DNA from: Desulfatiglandales bacterium
Lineage (GTDB): Bacteria > Desulfobacterota > DSM-4660 > Desulfatiglandales > Desulfatiglandaceae
Direction of reading: 5' to 3'
Length of the DNA: 64,000 nucleotides
NCBI GenBank assembly: GCA_963666345.1
Contig: OY762721.1
Span: 3,872,001 to 3,936,000 of the forward strand
Under the pieces are notes generated by a model. It was given only the letters and a program-made list of their open reading frames with translations, did no database searches and was not told the origin of the DNA. Shown in pieces: positions 41,869-50,215 of this stretch; within the stretch, counting starts at the first letter, position 1, and the number at the start of each line of letters is the position of its first letter. The translations under genes and the position numbers were made by a program.

Positions 41869-42282
41869 ATGGCCGTATTTAAGGGAAAGAGTGTCGTGAA
41901 AATGGGAGTGGTTGAAGGAGAGGCTTTGGTAACCAAAGATTTGGTTGCTTTCTGGGGAGGAGCGGACTGGGAAACTGGAGAAATTGTGGAAGTAGGCCAT
42001 GACGCAAGAGGTAAGATAGTGGCTGATAAGATATTGGTTTTTCCTATTGGTAAGGGAGGAGGAGGTGAAACCTTTGGTTATTACTATCTGGGCCGTAGCG
42101 GCAAGGCGCCGAAGGCCATTGTGTGTAATCGTTCTCTAGGCCAGACCGTAGCCGGAGCTTTGCTTATTGGAACCCCCATGGTGTATGGTTTCCAGGAAGA
42201 TGTCACTGCCGAGATTGAAAGCGGCGATTGGGTTCGAGTAGATACCGAAAATGGTCAAGTGGAAGTTTTGAAAAAAGGATAA
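41869..42282 (+). CDS. Aconitase X swivelling (small) subunit, DUF126
   Basis: VEGEALVT....FWGG.D..TG.I...GH, KILVFP.GKG, APKAI. Confidence 0.88.
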   Translation: MAVFKGKSVVKMGVVEGEALVTKDLVAFWGGADWETGEIVEVGHDARGKIVADKILVFPIGKGGGGETFGYYYLGRSGKAPKAIVCNRSLGQTVAGALLIGTPMVYGFQEDVTAEIESGDWVRVDTENGQVEVLKKG

Positions 42283-42286
42283 GGAT

Positions 42287-42595
42287 ATGCCAATTGATGC
42301 AATAATGATAAAGCCTAGTGACAATGTCGCTACAGCTCTAAGGGAGCTTTCACCCGGTGATATTGCCAGAGTTGGGATTGGAAAGGATACGAAGGAAATT
42401 ACCATAAGGGATAACATAGCTTACGGTCATAAGTTTGCGACTAGGGATATTGTGCAGGGTGAGCATATTGTAAAGTACGGGGAAATCATGGGCTGTGCAA
42501 CTTTAGATATCGGTGCTGGTTTTCATGCTCACATTCAGAATATAGAAAGCTTAAGAGGAAGAGGCGATCTTGGAGATGCGAGGATTAAAAAATAG
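42287..42595 (+). CDS. UxaA-family SAF-domain small subunit (SuyA-like)
   Basis: DNVATAL, GHKFA, KYGE..G.A...I..G.H.H..N. Confidence 0.88.
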   Translation: MPIDAIMIKPSDNVATALRELSPGDIARVGIGKDTKEITIRDNIAYGHKFATRDIVQGEHIVKYGEIMGCATLDIGAGFHAHIQNIESLRGRGDLGDARIKK

Positions 42596-42596
42596 C

Positions 42597-43757
42597 ATGG
42601 AATTTATGGGCTACAGGCGAGCTGATGGGCGCATTGGTACACGAAACTACGTGGGGATAATTTCGACCGTAGTTTGCGCTAATGAAGTTACCGATTCAAT
42701 ATCAAGGGCAGTTGCCGGAACTACTGCTTTTTTACACCAGCAGGGGTGCTGTCAGACACCGGTTGATATTCAAAGGGTAAATGACACCCTGACCAACCTT
42801 GGAAAAAATCCCAACTTGGCTTCTGTACTCCTGGTGAGCCTGGGTTGCGAGAGCACTGAGGTGACTGCGGTAGAGGAAGCAATAGCTGGGACAGGAAAGC
42901 GTGTTGAAACAGTAGTAATCCAGGATATAGGAGGCTCTGCAAGAACCTTAGCAGAAGGTTCGCTAATTGCACAGGACATGGTTCAGGAAGCGTCTAGCCT
43001 CAAGCGTGTAGCTTGCCCCTTGTCGGAACTCATGCTGGGACTCAAATGCGGGAGCTCGGATACTACATCCGGGCTTGCACCTAATCCTGCAATGGGAATT
43101 GCATCAGACATGATCGTGGAACAGGAGGGTACCTCTATACTAGGCGAGGTAACCGAATTCATAGGGGCTGAGCATATCCTTGCCGGACATGCTAGAGATG
43201 AAAAAATTGCAGGTCAGATTCTCTCTCTGGTGGAACGCATGGAGGCAAGGGCTAAATCCGTGGGAGCTGATATTAGGGGCGGTCAGCCGACTGGGGGAAA
43301 TATCAAGGGAGGGCTTACCACCATTGAGGAAAAATCCCTGGGTGCCATCGCCAAGGCAGGTAATGCTCCGATTCAGGCAGTGTATGAATACGGAGAAATA
43401 CCAAAGGTCAAGGGCCTAGTGGTTATGGATTCTCCGGGAAGGGAACCTGAAATTCTAACAGGCCTTGCGGCGGCCGGATGCACGGTAATTGCTTTTGCCA
43501 CAGGTCGGGGAGCACCTCAGGGATTTCCTTTCGTGCCTGTGATTAAAATAACGGGCAATCCCTTGACTTGGGAAAAACTTCGCGATCATATGGACCTGAA
43601 TGTAAGTGGTTTGATGGAAGGAAATAGTTCACTTCCGAAGGAAGGCGAGAAGATTTTCAATGAAATTCTTGCGGTTGCCTCTGGAAAACTCACCAAGGCT
43701 GAAATCTCCGGGTACACTAAGGCTATGGATATATACATGGTTGGACCGGTGATTTAA
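42597..43757 (+). CDS. UxaA-family dehydratase/sulfo-lyase large subunit (SuyB/altronate dehydratase-like)
   Basis: GYRRADGRIGTRN, HQQGC, LGCE, KCGSSD, GNIKGGLTTIEEKSLG, FATGRG. Confidence 0.9.
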   Translation: MEFMGYRRADGRIGTRNYVGIISTVVCANEVTDSISRAVAGTTAFLHQQGCCQTPVDIQRVNDTLTNLGKNPNLASVLLVSLGCESTEVTAVEEAIAGTGKRVETVVIQDIGGSARTLAEGSLIAQDMVQEASSLKRVACPLSELMLGLKCGSSDTTSGLAPNPAMGIASDMIVEQEGTSILGEVTEFIGAEHILAGHARDEKIAGQILSLVERMEARAKSVGADIRGGQPTGGNIKGGLTTIEEKSLGAIAKAGNAPIQAVYEYGEIPKVKGLVVMDSPGREPEILTGLAAAGCTVIAFATGRGAPQGFPFVPVIKITGNPLTWEKLRDHMDLNVSGLMEGNSSLPKEGEKIFNEILAVASGKLTKAEISGYTKAMDIYMVGPVI

Positions 43758-43895
43758 GAATCGTTTCAATCACTATCTAGCGACTTTTGAATTGTAAAAT
43801 ATTATGACCAGTATTTATTTACACATACACGTGAATTTTTTTAAGGGCGCATTCATATTGGTAGATAACAGCTGCGCCCCGGTTAACCTGTCAAA

Positions 43896-45161
43896 GTGGA
43901 GCGATCAATGGCCTACCCGAGCATGATAATGCTTCGTCAACAGCTGGACAATACTGAGGTGGGTGATGTCCATGCCGCAGTTAAAGAAGAGCTGAAACGA
44001 ATTAATCTCCCCGCACGCATCACTCCTGACTCCAAGGTGGCTATCACCGCTGGTAGCCGCGGGATTACCGACATTGTTCCCGTGCTGGGTGCTATTGTTA
44101 GGGAGGTGAAAGAAATTGGGGCGCAGCCCTTCCTGGTGCCTGCGATGGGCTCCCACGGCGGTGCCACTGCAGAAGGCCAGCTGGAGATACTCAAAGACTA
44201 TGGCATTACCGAGCAAAGCGTGGGTGCATCCATAGTTTCTTCCATGGAAGTTCTTGCCATCGGGAAAACCGAAGACGGAATATCTGTTATGATAGACCGA
44301 AATGCCGCAGACGCTGACCACATAATAGTCGTAAACCGGATTAAGCCTCATACCGAGTTCCAGGGAAGTGTCGAGAGCGGCCTAATGAAAATGATGGTGA
44401 TTGGGCTTGGTAAGCACGAGGGAACAATCATTGCACACGACTATGCTGTCAAATATGGATATGAGCACACTATCCTCTCCATCGGCCAGTGCATCCTGGA
44501 CAACGCCCCCATAGCATGCGGTGTGGGAATAATAGAAAACGGCTATGGTAAAACCGCTCGAATTGCAGCAGTCTCGCCCGAGGTTTTTGCTGATAGCGAA
44601 AGAGCCCTCTTGACAGAAGCAATTAAAAAAACTCCCAAACTGCCCTTCAATAAAATAGATGTTCTCATAGTTGATGAATGCGGAAAAGAAATCAGCGGGA
44701 CCGGTATGGACACCAAGGTTGTGGGCCGTATAATGAATATCTATGAACTGGAGGTTGATAAACCTTCAATAACACGTATCATTTTGAGGGATTTAACTCA
44801 AAAGACTCATGGGAACGCTTTGGGTATGGGGCTTGCTGATTTTATAACAAGAAGGGCTGCTGACAAAGTTGATTTCCGTTCGACCTATGTTAACTGCGTC
44901 ACTGCCGTGACCCCGGAAAAGGGACGTCTACCAATAGTATGTGAGACAGACCGTGATGCAATTGACTTTGCTATCGCAACTGCAGGCCCGGTTGACGCCA
45001 AGAGCCTTAGGCTTGTCTGGATCAAGAATACCTCCAAACTGGGAGAGATGTTTGTTTCAGAGGCCCTTATGGCTGTTGGCAAGAAAATGAGAGGGATTAC
45101 CCTGTACGGAGAACCGTGCACCATGGACTTCGATGATGAAGGAAATCTCAAGAGGCCCTGA
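43896..45161 (+). CDS. LarA-like (DUF2088) nickel-pincer-dependent racemase/epimerase homologue
   Basis: AITAGSRGI, PAMGSHGG, NRIKPHT, GKEISGTGMD, GNALGMGLAD. Confidence 0.8.
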   Translation: MERSMAYPSMIMLRQQLDNTEVGDVHAAVKEELKRINLPARITPDSKVAITAGSRGITDIVPVLGAIVREVKEIGAQPFLVPAMGSHGGATAEGQLEILKDYGITEQSVGASIVSSMEVLAIGKTEDGISVMIDRNAADADHIIVVNRIKPHTEFQGSVESGLMKMMVIGLGKHEGTIIAHDYAVKYGYEHTILSIGQCILDNAPIACGVGIIENGYGKTARIAAVSPEVFADSERALLTEAIKKTPKLPFNKIDVLIVDECGKEISGTGMDTKVVGRIMNIYELEVDKPSITRIILRDLTQKTHGNALGMGLADFITRRAADKVDFRSTYVNCVTAVTPEKGRLPIVCETDRDAIDFAIATAGPVDAKSLRLVWIKNTSKLGEMFVSEALMAVGKKMRGITLYGEPCTMDFDDEGNLKRP

Positions 45162-45399
45162 TCGATCAATGCTTTCGCATTATGGAGATTGCTTTTTATC
45201 TCGAACGCGGATGGATAGCAGGACCAATCCTCCGATTCATGGAGTCATCTCACAAACCCTCGTCAAGTTGGTGGTATCCAGCATTGATGAAGTCCCTTAG
45301 TGAAAGAGAGACATTCCCCACGTCCATCCCGGAGATTTCTAAAAGACAATTTGTGGTGGTATTCATTTTTTTCTTAAAGCCATAGCATCCTCCATCGGT

Positions 45400-45906
45400 T
45401 TAGTTTAGCTGGCATTTCTGAGGCATCGCCCTTGTTGATTTATTTACCAATTTGACCACCTTGTCGTTACCCATGGGGAGAGCCTCGACCTCTGTGGCCT
45501 TTTTCTTGAGAAGTTTATATTCCCTCTCAAATTCCCGCTGTATAAAGGGGACCTCCTTTTCCGTAATCAAGCTCAACCTGTGGGGACCTAACACATTGTA
45601 GACCCTAGTTGCGATAGGGTCTTCAAGTTGCTCTATCCGTTTAGATCCTGTCAGCACATCTTGGAATTTCATCCATGCGGTAAGGGCTTGATCATCGTTT
45701 GATTCCAAGAAATCCATTAAGTCAGGAAGCAGGTCTTTATAAAACCGCCCCTTTCGGATTACCGATCCAAACGCTGCCGAGCAGGCTTGATCATCATAAG
45801 GTGATAGGGAATTCCAAATAAGTTTTGCCATTATTTGAGATACCTCAACTTGATATTTTTCTGAAACCAATGTGATAAATTGCTTGAACATCTTTTGATC
45901 TTTCAT
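45400..45906 (-). CDS. Phage replication accessory protein (helicase loader/inhibitor-like)
   Basis: ATGA-coupled directly downstream of the replication initiator; W...L..Y......AF pattern. Confidence 0.5.
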   Translation of the reverse strand: MKDQKMFKQFITLVSEKYQVEVSQIMAKLIWNSLSPYDDQACSAAFGSVIRKGRFYKDLLPDLMDFLESNDDQALTAWMKFQDVLTGSKRIEQLEDPIATRVYNVLGPHRLSLITEKEVPFIQREFEREYKLLKKKATEVEALPMGNDKVVKLVNKSTRAMPQKCQLN

Positions 45907-46748
45907 GATAGCTCCAATCCCTTGAGGTTATTTATTGTGTCCACGGTCTTGTTTGAGAAGATACTCCGTGGCTTAACTGCATCGAACCACCGGCCTTGAT
46001 TAATGTATGTCGATGGATTTGGGATGTATCTCCCGTTTTCCTTGGTCCAGTCATAGCTCTCTTTTTGAGCTTCAAGTTTATCGAGAATATCCTGAAGAGA
46101 GGGCATCCTATTTTTCTTCTTAGGAACGCACCAACATTTGTATGCATATTCCTTCCCAACTTTTTTGGGATAGGCCTCCCAGAAAGTTTCAAAATCTTTC
46201 GAGTAAAAAGTCTGGGGGTTTGGGGGTGTAGTAGTTATATCAGTATTAGTATTAGTATCTTTAGTAGTGGCACGCCCCCTGTCCCCCTTCTGTCCTCGAT
46301 CTGTCCTTACCATGTCCTTTCTCTCTTCTAATCCATTGATATCATTAAAATTCGCCTGCCCCTGATCTGCCCCTGATCTGTCCAATATCTGTCCAATATC
46401 TGTCCTTTTTTCTTCAGCCTCATTTTTCCATGATAAATCCTTGTTATCAATAAGCTTTGGCTGAGCTTTGCAGCTTGAACTTGGTAGGATCGAGAGCGTT
46501 CCTTTCTGATTTTGCTTATAGCGTGATTCATCGGGATAGGTGATTTCTACGTTGATGCGGTTGAGAAAATTCCGCGCTTTATTCCTGGACCATCTCCAGC
46601 ATTTTGCCAACCCGGCTATTGTGACATTGTTGTCAGCATCAAAATCAAGCTGGAGAGAATACATAGCTTCCAACTCTGTATATCCCCGATCAAGAGGTAA
46701 TGAGCTCCGCAGGGCTTTAGATATCGGCACCCAATTCCCCGATCTCAT
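45903..46748 (-). CDS. Phage replisome-organiser/initiator-like protein
   Basis: N-terminal HTH (TIAGLAKCWRWSRNKARNFL), low-complexity linker with iterons, C-terminal FETFWEAYPKKVGK...YIPNPSTYINQGRW; ATG 46748. Confidence 0.8.
   Translation of the reverse strand: MRSGNWVPISKALRSSLPLDRGYTELEAMYSLQLDFDADNNVTIAGLAKCWRWSRNKARNFLNRINVEITYPDESRYKQNQKGTLSILPSSSCKAQPKLIDNKDLSWKNEAEEKRTDIGQILDRSGADQGQANFNDINGLEERKDMVRTDRGQKGDRGRATTKDTNTNTDITTTPPNPQTFYSKDFETFWEAYPKKVGKEYAYKCWCVPKKKNRMPSLQDILDKLEAQKESYDWTKENGRYIPNPSTYINQGRWFDAVKPRSIFSNKTVDTINNLKGLELS
46279..46405. repeat. 11-bp-period iterons inside the initiator gene (putative ori)
   Basis: CTGTCCCCCTT/CTGTCCTCGAT/CTGTCCTTACC (46279-46311); CTGCCCCTGAT x2, CTGTCCAATAT x2, CTGTCC (46356-46405); adjacent AT-rich tract. 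Confidence 0.7.
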
Positions 46749-46921
46749 TCCGCCCTCCACCAATCTGGAGAATTGCGATGGCTTTCCTCTCTCCTTACAT
46801 CTTTTGCTTCCAGGCACCGCTCGCAAAAAAAGCGGTCGATACGATAGAAAAGGTAATGGTAGGGTCCATCTGCCCTCATTCCATAGGCAGTCTCGATGTG
46901 AATAAATTTATGGTCAGCCAT
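46745..46921 (-). CDS. 58-aa hypothetical phage protein with CxxC
   Basis: AAGGAGG RBS; MADHKFIHIETAYG...FFCERCLEAK...WWRAE; ATGA overlap with the initiator; below the ORF-track cutoff. Confidence 0.5.
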   Translation of the reverse strand: MADHKFIHIETAYGMRADGPYHYLFYRIDRFFCERCLEAKDVRREESHRNSPDWWRAE

Positions 46922-47182
46922 TGGTCCCCTCCTTGTGGAAGGAACCAGACTTCCCTGAAAATTCTTCTTTATGATATTGAGATTGATTTACGGTGTGATG
47001 TTGGGGGGCAAGACTACAACCCCCTTGGGGTTTGAATTTCTGCATAATTTATGCTCCTATAGCGTAGCGGTTGCGTAGCGCTTTATCTACGCGGCACCCG
47101 TCGGCACCCGTTTAGTGACGTTCTTACGCTAAATCTGGATAAATGTTGCTTAATATCAGATACTTACAAGGGGGTTCCTTGG

Positions 47183-47243
47183 CCTGCTAAGCGAGTGTGG
47201 GGAGAAATCTCCACCGAGGGTTCGAATCCCTCTCTCTCCGCCA
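47183..47243 (+). tRNA. tRNA-Ser(GCT) 3' fragment (att-site duplication, not a full tRNA)
   Basis: CTGCTAA anticodon loop, GCGAG, long variable arm GTGGGGAGAAATCTCCAC, GAGGGTTCGAATCCCTC T-arm, TCTCTCCGCCA acceptor end; no D-arm or 5' acceptor strand upstream. Confidence 0.88.
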
Positions 47244-47670
47244 CTTCAATAACTTAGCACCTCTTTTATCACCTACCTTATCATTCACTCAGCTTATTTA
47301 TCGTAGTAGATCGTAGTGTTTTTTTCAGAAAGTGAATCTATGGTGCTATGAAATTCCCATTGCTGTTTATAGACTCCTGCCACAAAGTTCTTATTTCCAT
47401 GCACCTACTCCCTGATTAGTGCAAATATGACATCCCTTTATTTGCAGAAAGGCACTTTTGTGCAAATATGCATTTTTATTATTTGCACTTGCAAAGTGAA
47501 ATTATCCACTTTTGACCGTATCTCTCTCATCCCCCTGTTAAAATGTCTTAAAATTTTGTGAATCGGCATGCAAAAATGACCCACCTATAGGGCGAATCGG
47601 CGTCCAAAATTGACCCACCCCTGAAAGCCTTCTATTCTGCTGTGACTATGGTAGAAGGAGGCGGAAAGGG

Positions 47671-49188
47671 ATGCTCACAGTGGAAACAATCCGTAAGATA
47701 CGATTAGCTGTTCTCAGAGATGGCAAATCCATACGTCAGACAGCGAAGGATCTGCGCCTTAGCAAAAATACAGTAAAAAAGGCGATAAGGAGCGGAGAAA
47801 CATCTTTTCAGTACGAACGAAGCAACCAGCCGAGACCCAAGCTAGGACCGTTTATAGACATGCTGAAAGGCTTTCTGGAAGAAGATGAGAAACTGCCCAG
47901 AAAACTGCGCAGGACAGCCCAGATACTTTTTGAAGAGCTGCAACTCAACGGCTACGAAGGTGGCTATGACAGCGTAAGGAGATATGTTCAAAGATGGCAC
48001 CAGGATCAAAGGAGCTTGCCAAAGGAGGTATTTATACCTTTGGTATTTGATCCTGCAGAAGCCTTTCAGTTTGACTGGAGTCATGAGTGGGTAGATCTGG
48101 ACGGAAGCAGAGTAAAGGCAAAGGTCGCACATATAAGGTTATGTCACAGCCGCTACTTCCTTTGTATTGCCTACCCCAGAGAGACCCAGGAGATGGTGTT
48201 TGATGCCCATATCAGGGCCTTTGAGTTTTTTGGAGGAGTTTGCCGTAAAGGCATATATGACAATCTCAAAACAGTGGTTAACAAGATCCTGGGAGGAAGG
48301 GAAAGACAGTTCAACAGCCGCTTCAGCCAACTGTGTTCCCATTATTTATTTGAACCGGTAAGCTGCACCCCTGCTGCAGGCTGGGAAAAGGGTCAGGTGG
48401 AAAACCAGGTAGGTGTGGTCAGAAGGAGATTTTTCACTCCCCGAATCAAGGCCAGGGATTTCACACACCTAAACGAGCTGCTTAGAGAACAATGCATCAC
48501 CTGGGCAAAGACCCGTAAGCATCCAACAATATCTGATAAGACGGTTTGGCAGGTCTACAGTGAAGAGAGACCCTATCTGATAAATCTACCACCTCCCTTT
48601 GATGGATATGCACAACGTCCAGCCAGGGTTACCCCCAGCTCACTTGTAACCTATGACCGGAACCGATACAGCGTTAATTGCAGCCAGGTGGGTAAAGCGG
48701 TCTATATGAGAGTATATGCCGATCGGATAGTGATAGTAAATAACGGTTGTATCGTAGGAGAGCATGATAGGCATTTTGGAAAGAACAAGACTATTTTTAA
48801 TCCCTGGCATTATGTCCCGGTCCTTGAACGTAAGCCCGGGGCTCTCCGTAATGGAGCACCCTTTAAAGACTGGCAACTTCCTCATCCTGTGCAAGGCGTC
48901 CTTAATGGGCTTCAAAACCGTTTTTCCGACTGGGACCGTCAGTTTGTGGCCATTCTAAATGCTGTCCCTTTCTACGGACTTGAGGCTGTAAGTAAAGCCT
49001 GTAAGGAGGCCCTAGAGATCAGGGCCGTAAGTAAAGAGGTGGTTCTCAATCTTTTAAACAGGGATCAGGATCAGGATTGCACGCCTGATTTGGGTATCCC
49101 CTCCCATCTGATTCTCAAGCAAGAGCCCATAGCAGACTGCCACCGCTATGAACGTTTGGTAAGGGAGGGATACCATGCTGCGCAATGA
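47671..49188 (+). CDS. istA: IS21 transposase
   Basis: HTH start, FQFDW, YDNLKT, EKGQVEN, NRYSV. Confidence 0.95.
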   Translation: MLTVETIRKIRLAVLRDGKSIRQTAKDLRLSKNTVKKAIRSGETSFQYERSNQPRPKLGPFIDMLKGFLEEDEKLPRKLRRTAQILFEELQLNGYEGGYDSVRRYVQRWHQDQRSLPKEVFIPLVFDPAEAFQFDWSHEWVDLDGSRVKAKVAHIRLCHSRYFLCIAYPRETQEMVFDAHIRAFEFFGGVCRKGIYDNLKTVVNKILGGRERQFNSRFSQLCSHYLFEPVSCTPAAGWEKGQVENQVGVVRRRFFTPRIKARDFTHLNELLREQCITWAKTRKHPTISDKTVWQVYSEERPYLINLPPPFDGYAQRPARVTPSSLVTYDRNRYSVNCSQVGKAVYMRVYADRIVIVNNGCIVGEHDRHFGKNKTIFNPWHYVPVLERKPGALRNGAPFKDWQLPHPVQGVLNGLQNRFSDWDRQFVAILNAVPFYGLEAVSKACKEALEIRAVSKEVVLNLLNRDQDQDCTPDLGIPSHLILKQEPIADCHRYERLVREGYHAAQ

Positions 49189-49906
49189 TATCATGGACCA
49201 TATGGAAAAACTAAAGTTGCGGGGTATGCAGTCCATTTATGATGAAGTTGTCTCCAATGGACGCAAGAGCCATTCAACGCCTGAAAAGGTAATCCTGGAA
49301 CTGCTCAAGGCTGAAGCTGCCGAAAGATATATAAGGAGTATCCGATATCGTATGGGACAGGCCAGGTTTCCTGTCCTTAAAGATATCGATGGCTTTGATT
49401 TTAACGGGGCCTGTGTTGATGAAGCCCAGATTAGGTCTATTTATCAGGGTGATTTTATAGCCGAACATATCAACCTGATTTTTGTAGGTGGCACCGGTAC
49501 GGGCAAAACCCATTTAGCCATAACTATAGCGGCCCAGGCCATAAGGAATGGCAGGAAGTGCAAGTTTTATAACCTGGTGGATCTGGCAAATGAGCTTGAG
49601 CAGGAAAAAATGATTGGATTGGCCGGCAAAATCACAGCAAGACTACTTCGATTTGATCTTGTGGTCCTCGATGAACTGGGTTATCTGCCTTTTTCCAAAA
49701 ACGGCAGTCAACTGCTCTTTCATCTTATATCAAAACTCTACGAACAGACATCCATAGTGATTACCACCAACTTGACCTTCGGTGAATGGCCCCAAGTCTT
49801 TGGAGATAAAAAGATGACTACGGCCATGCTTGATCGATTGACTCATCATTGTGAAATTATAGAAACAGGTAACGAAAGCTGGAGAATGAAACACGCAGCT
49901 TCATAG
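49175..49906 (+). CDS. istB: IS21 helper AAA+ ATPase
   Basis: [28 protein letters not shown]. Confidence 0.95.
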   Translation: MLRNDIMDHMEKLKLRGMQSIYDEVVSNGRKSHSTPEKVILELLKAEAAERYIRSIRYRMGQARFPVLKDIDGFDFNGACVDEAQIRSIYQGDFIAEHINLIFVGGTGTGKTHLAITIAAQAIRNGRKCKFYNLVDLANELEQEKMIGLAGKITARLLRFDLVVLDELGYLPFSKNGSQLLFHLISKLYEQTSIVITTNLTFGEWPQVFGDKKMTTAMLDRLTHHCEIIETGNESWRMKHAAS

Positions 49907-50009
49907 ATAAAGAAGGGATCAACTACTCAACTATTTAACCATATTTTTTTCTCAGGGGTGGGTCAATTTTGGACGCCGATGATGGGTCAATTTTCAACGC
50001 CTATTGACA

Positions 50010-50201
50010 CACTTACTCGGGAAAGAAGATTTGTTACGGCTCGATCCCAAAGTGCCGGACGGCCTGTTCGCTCTTGATCGAATGAAAGAAGAAGAACTGC
50101 TCAGCAAAGCAGCCCATGAAAGCCGGCCTATCGCACCTTTGTTCAAACAAGGATTTACCAGACATATAGCTGAAAAATTTAAACCTTTTCACCTTGTATA
50201 A
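50010..50201 (+). pseudogene. C-terminal remnant of a CBASS patatin-like phospholipase effector, truncated by IS21
   Basis: Reading frame begins at the IS end: HLLGKEDLLRLDPKVPDGLFALD...AEKFKPFHLV*, resembling patatin/CapV-CapE C-termini (R..P.V..G.F.LD); 14 nt upstream of the CD-NTase. Confidence 0.6.
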
Positions 50202-50215
50202 AAGGAGGTCCCTCA

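Larger units (their letters stand above)
47557..50009 (+). mobile_element. IS21-family insertion sequence
   Basis: Terminal IRs TGTGAATCGGCATGCAAAAATGACCCA / revcomp TGTCAATAGGCGTTGAAAATTGACCCA, with internal repeated ATCGGCGTCCAAAATTGACCCACCCCTGA; istA-istB; no target duplication seen. Confidence 0.93.

Noticed and set aside
46279..46405. CRISPR array
   Set aside because: 11-bp tandem units without spacers, inside a coding gene; no cas genes. No CRISPR array was seen anywhere in the window.
47161..47243. Complete tRNA-Ser gene
   Set aside because: The 5' half is missing: no D-arm, and the 5' anticodon-stem strand (TTGGC) does not pair with GCGAG.
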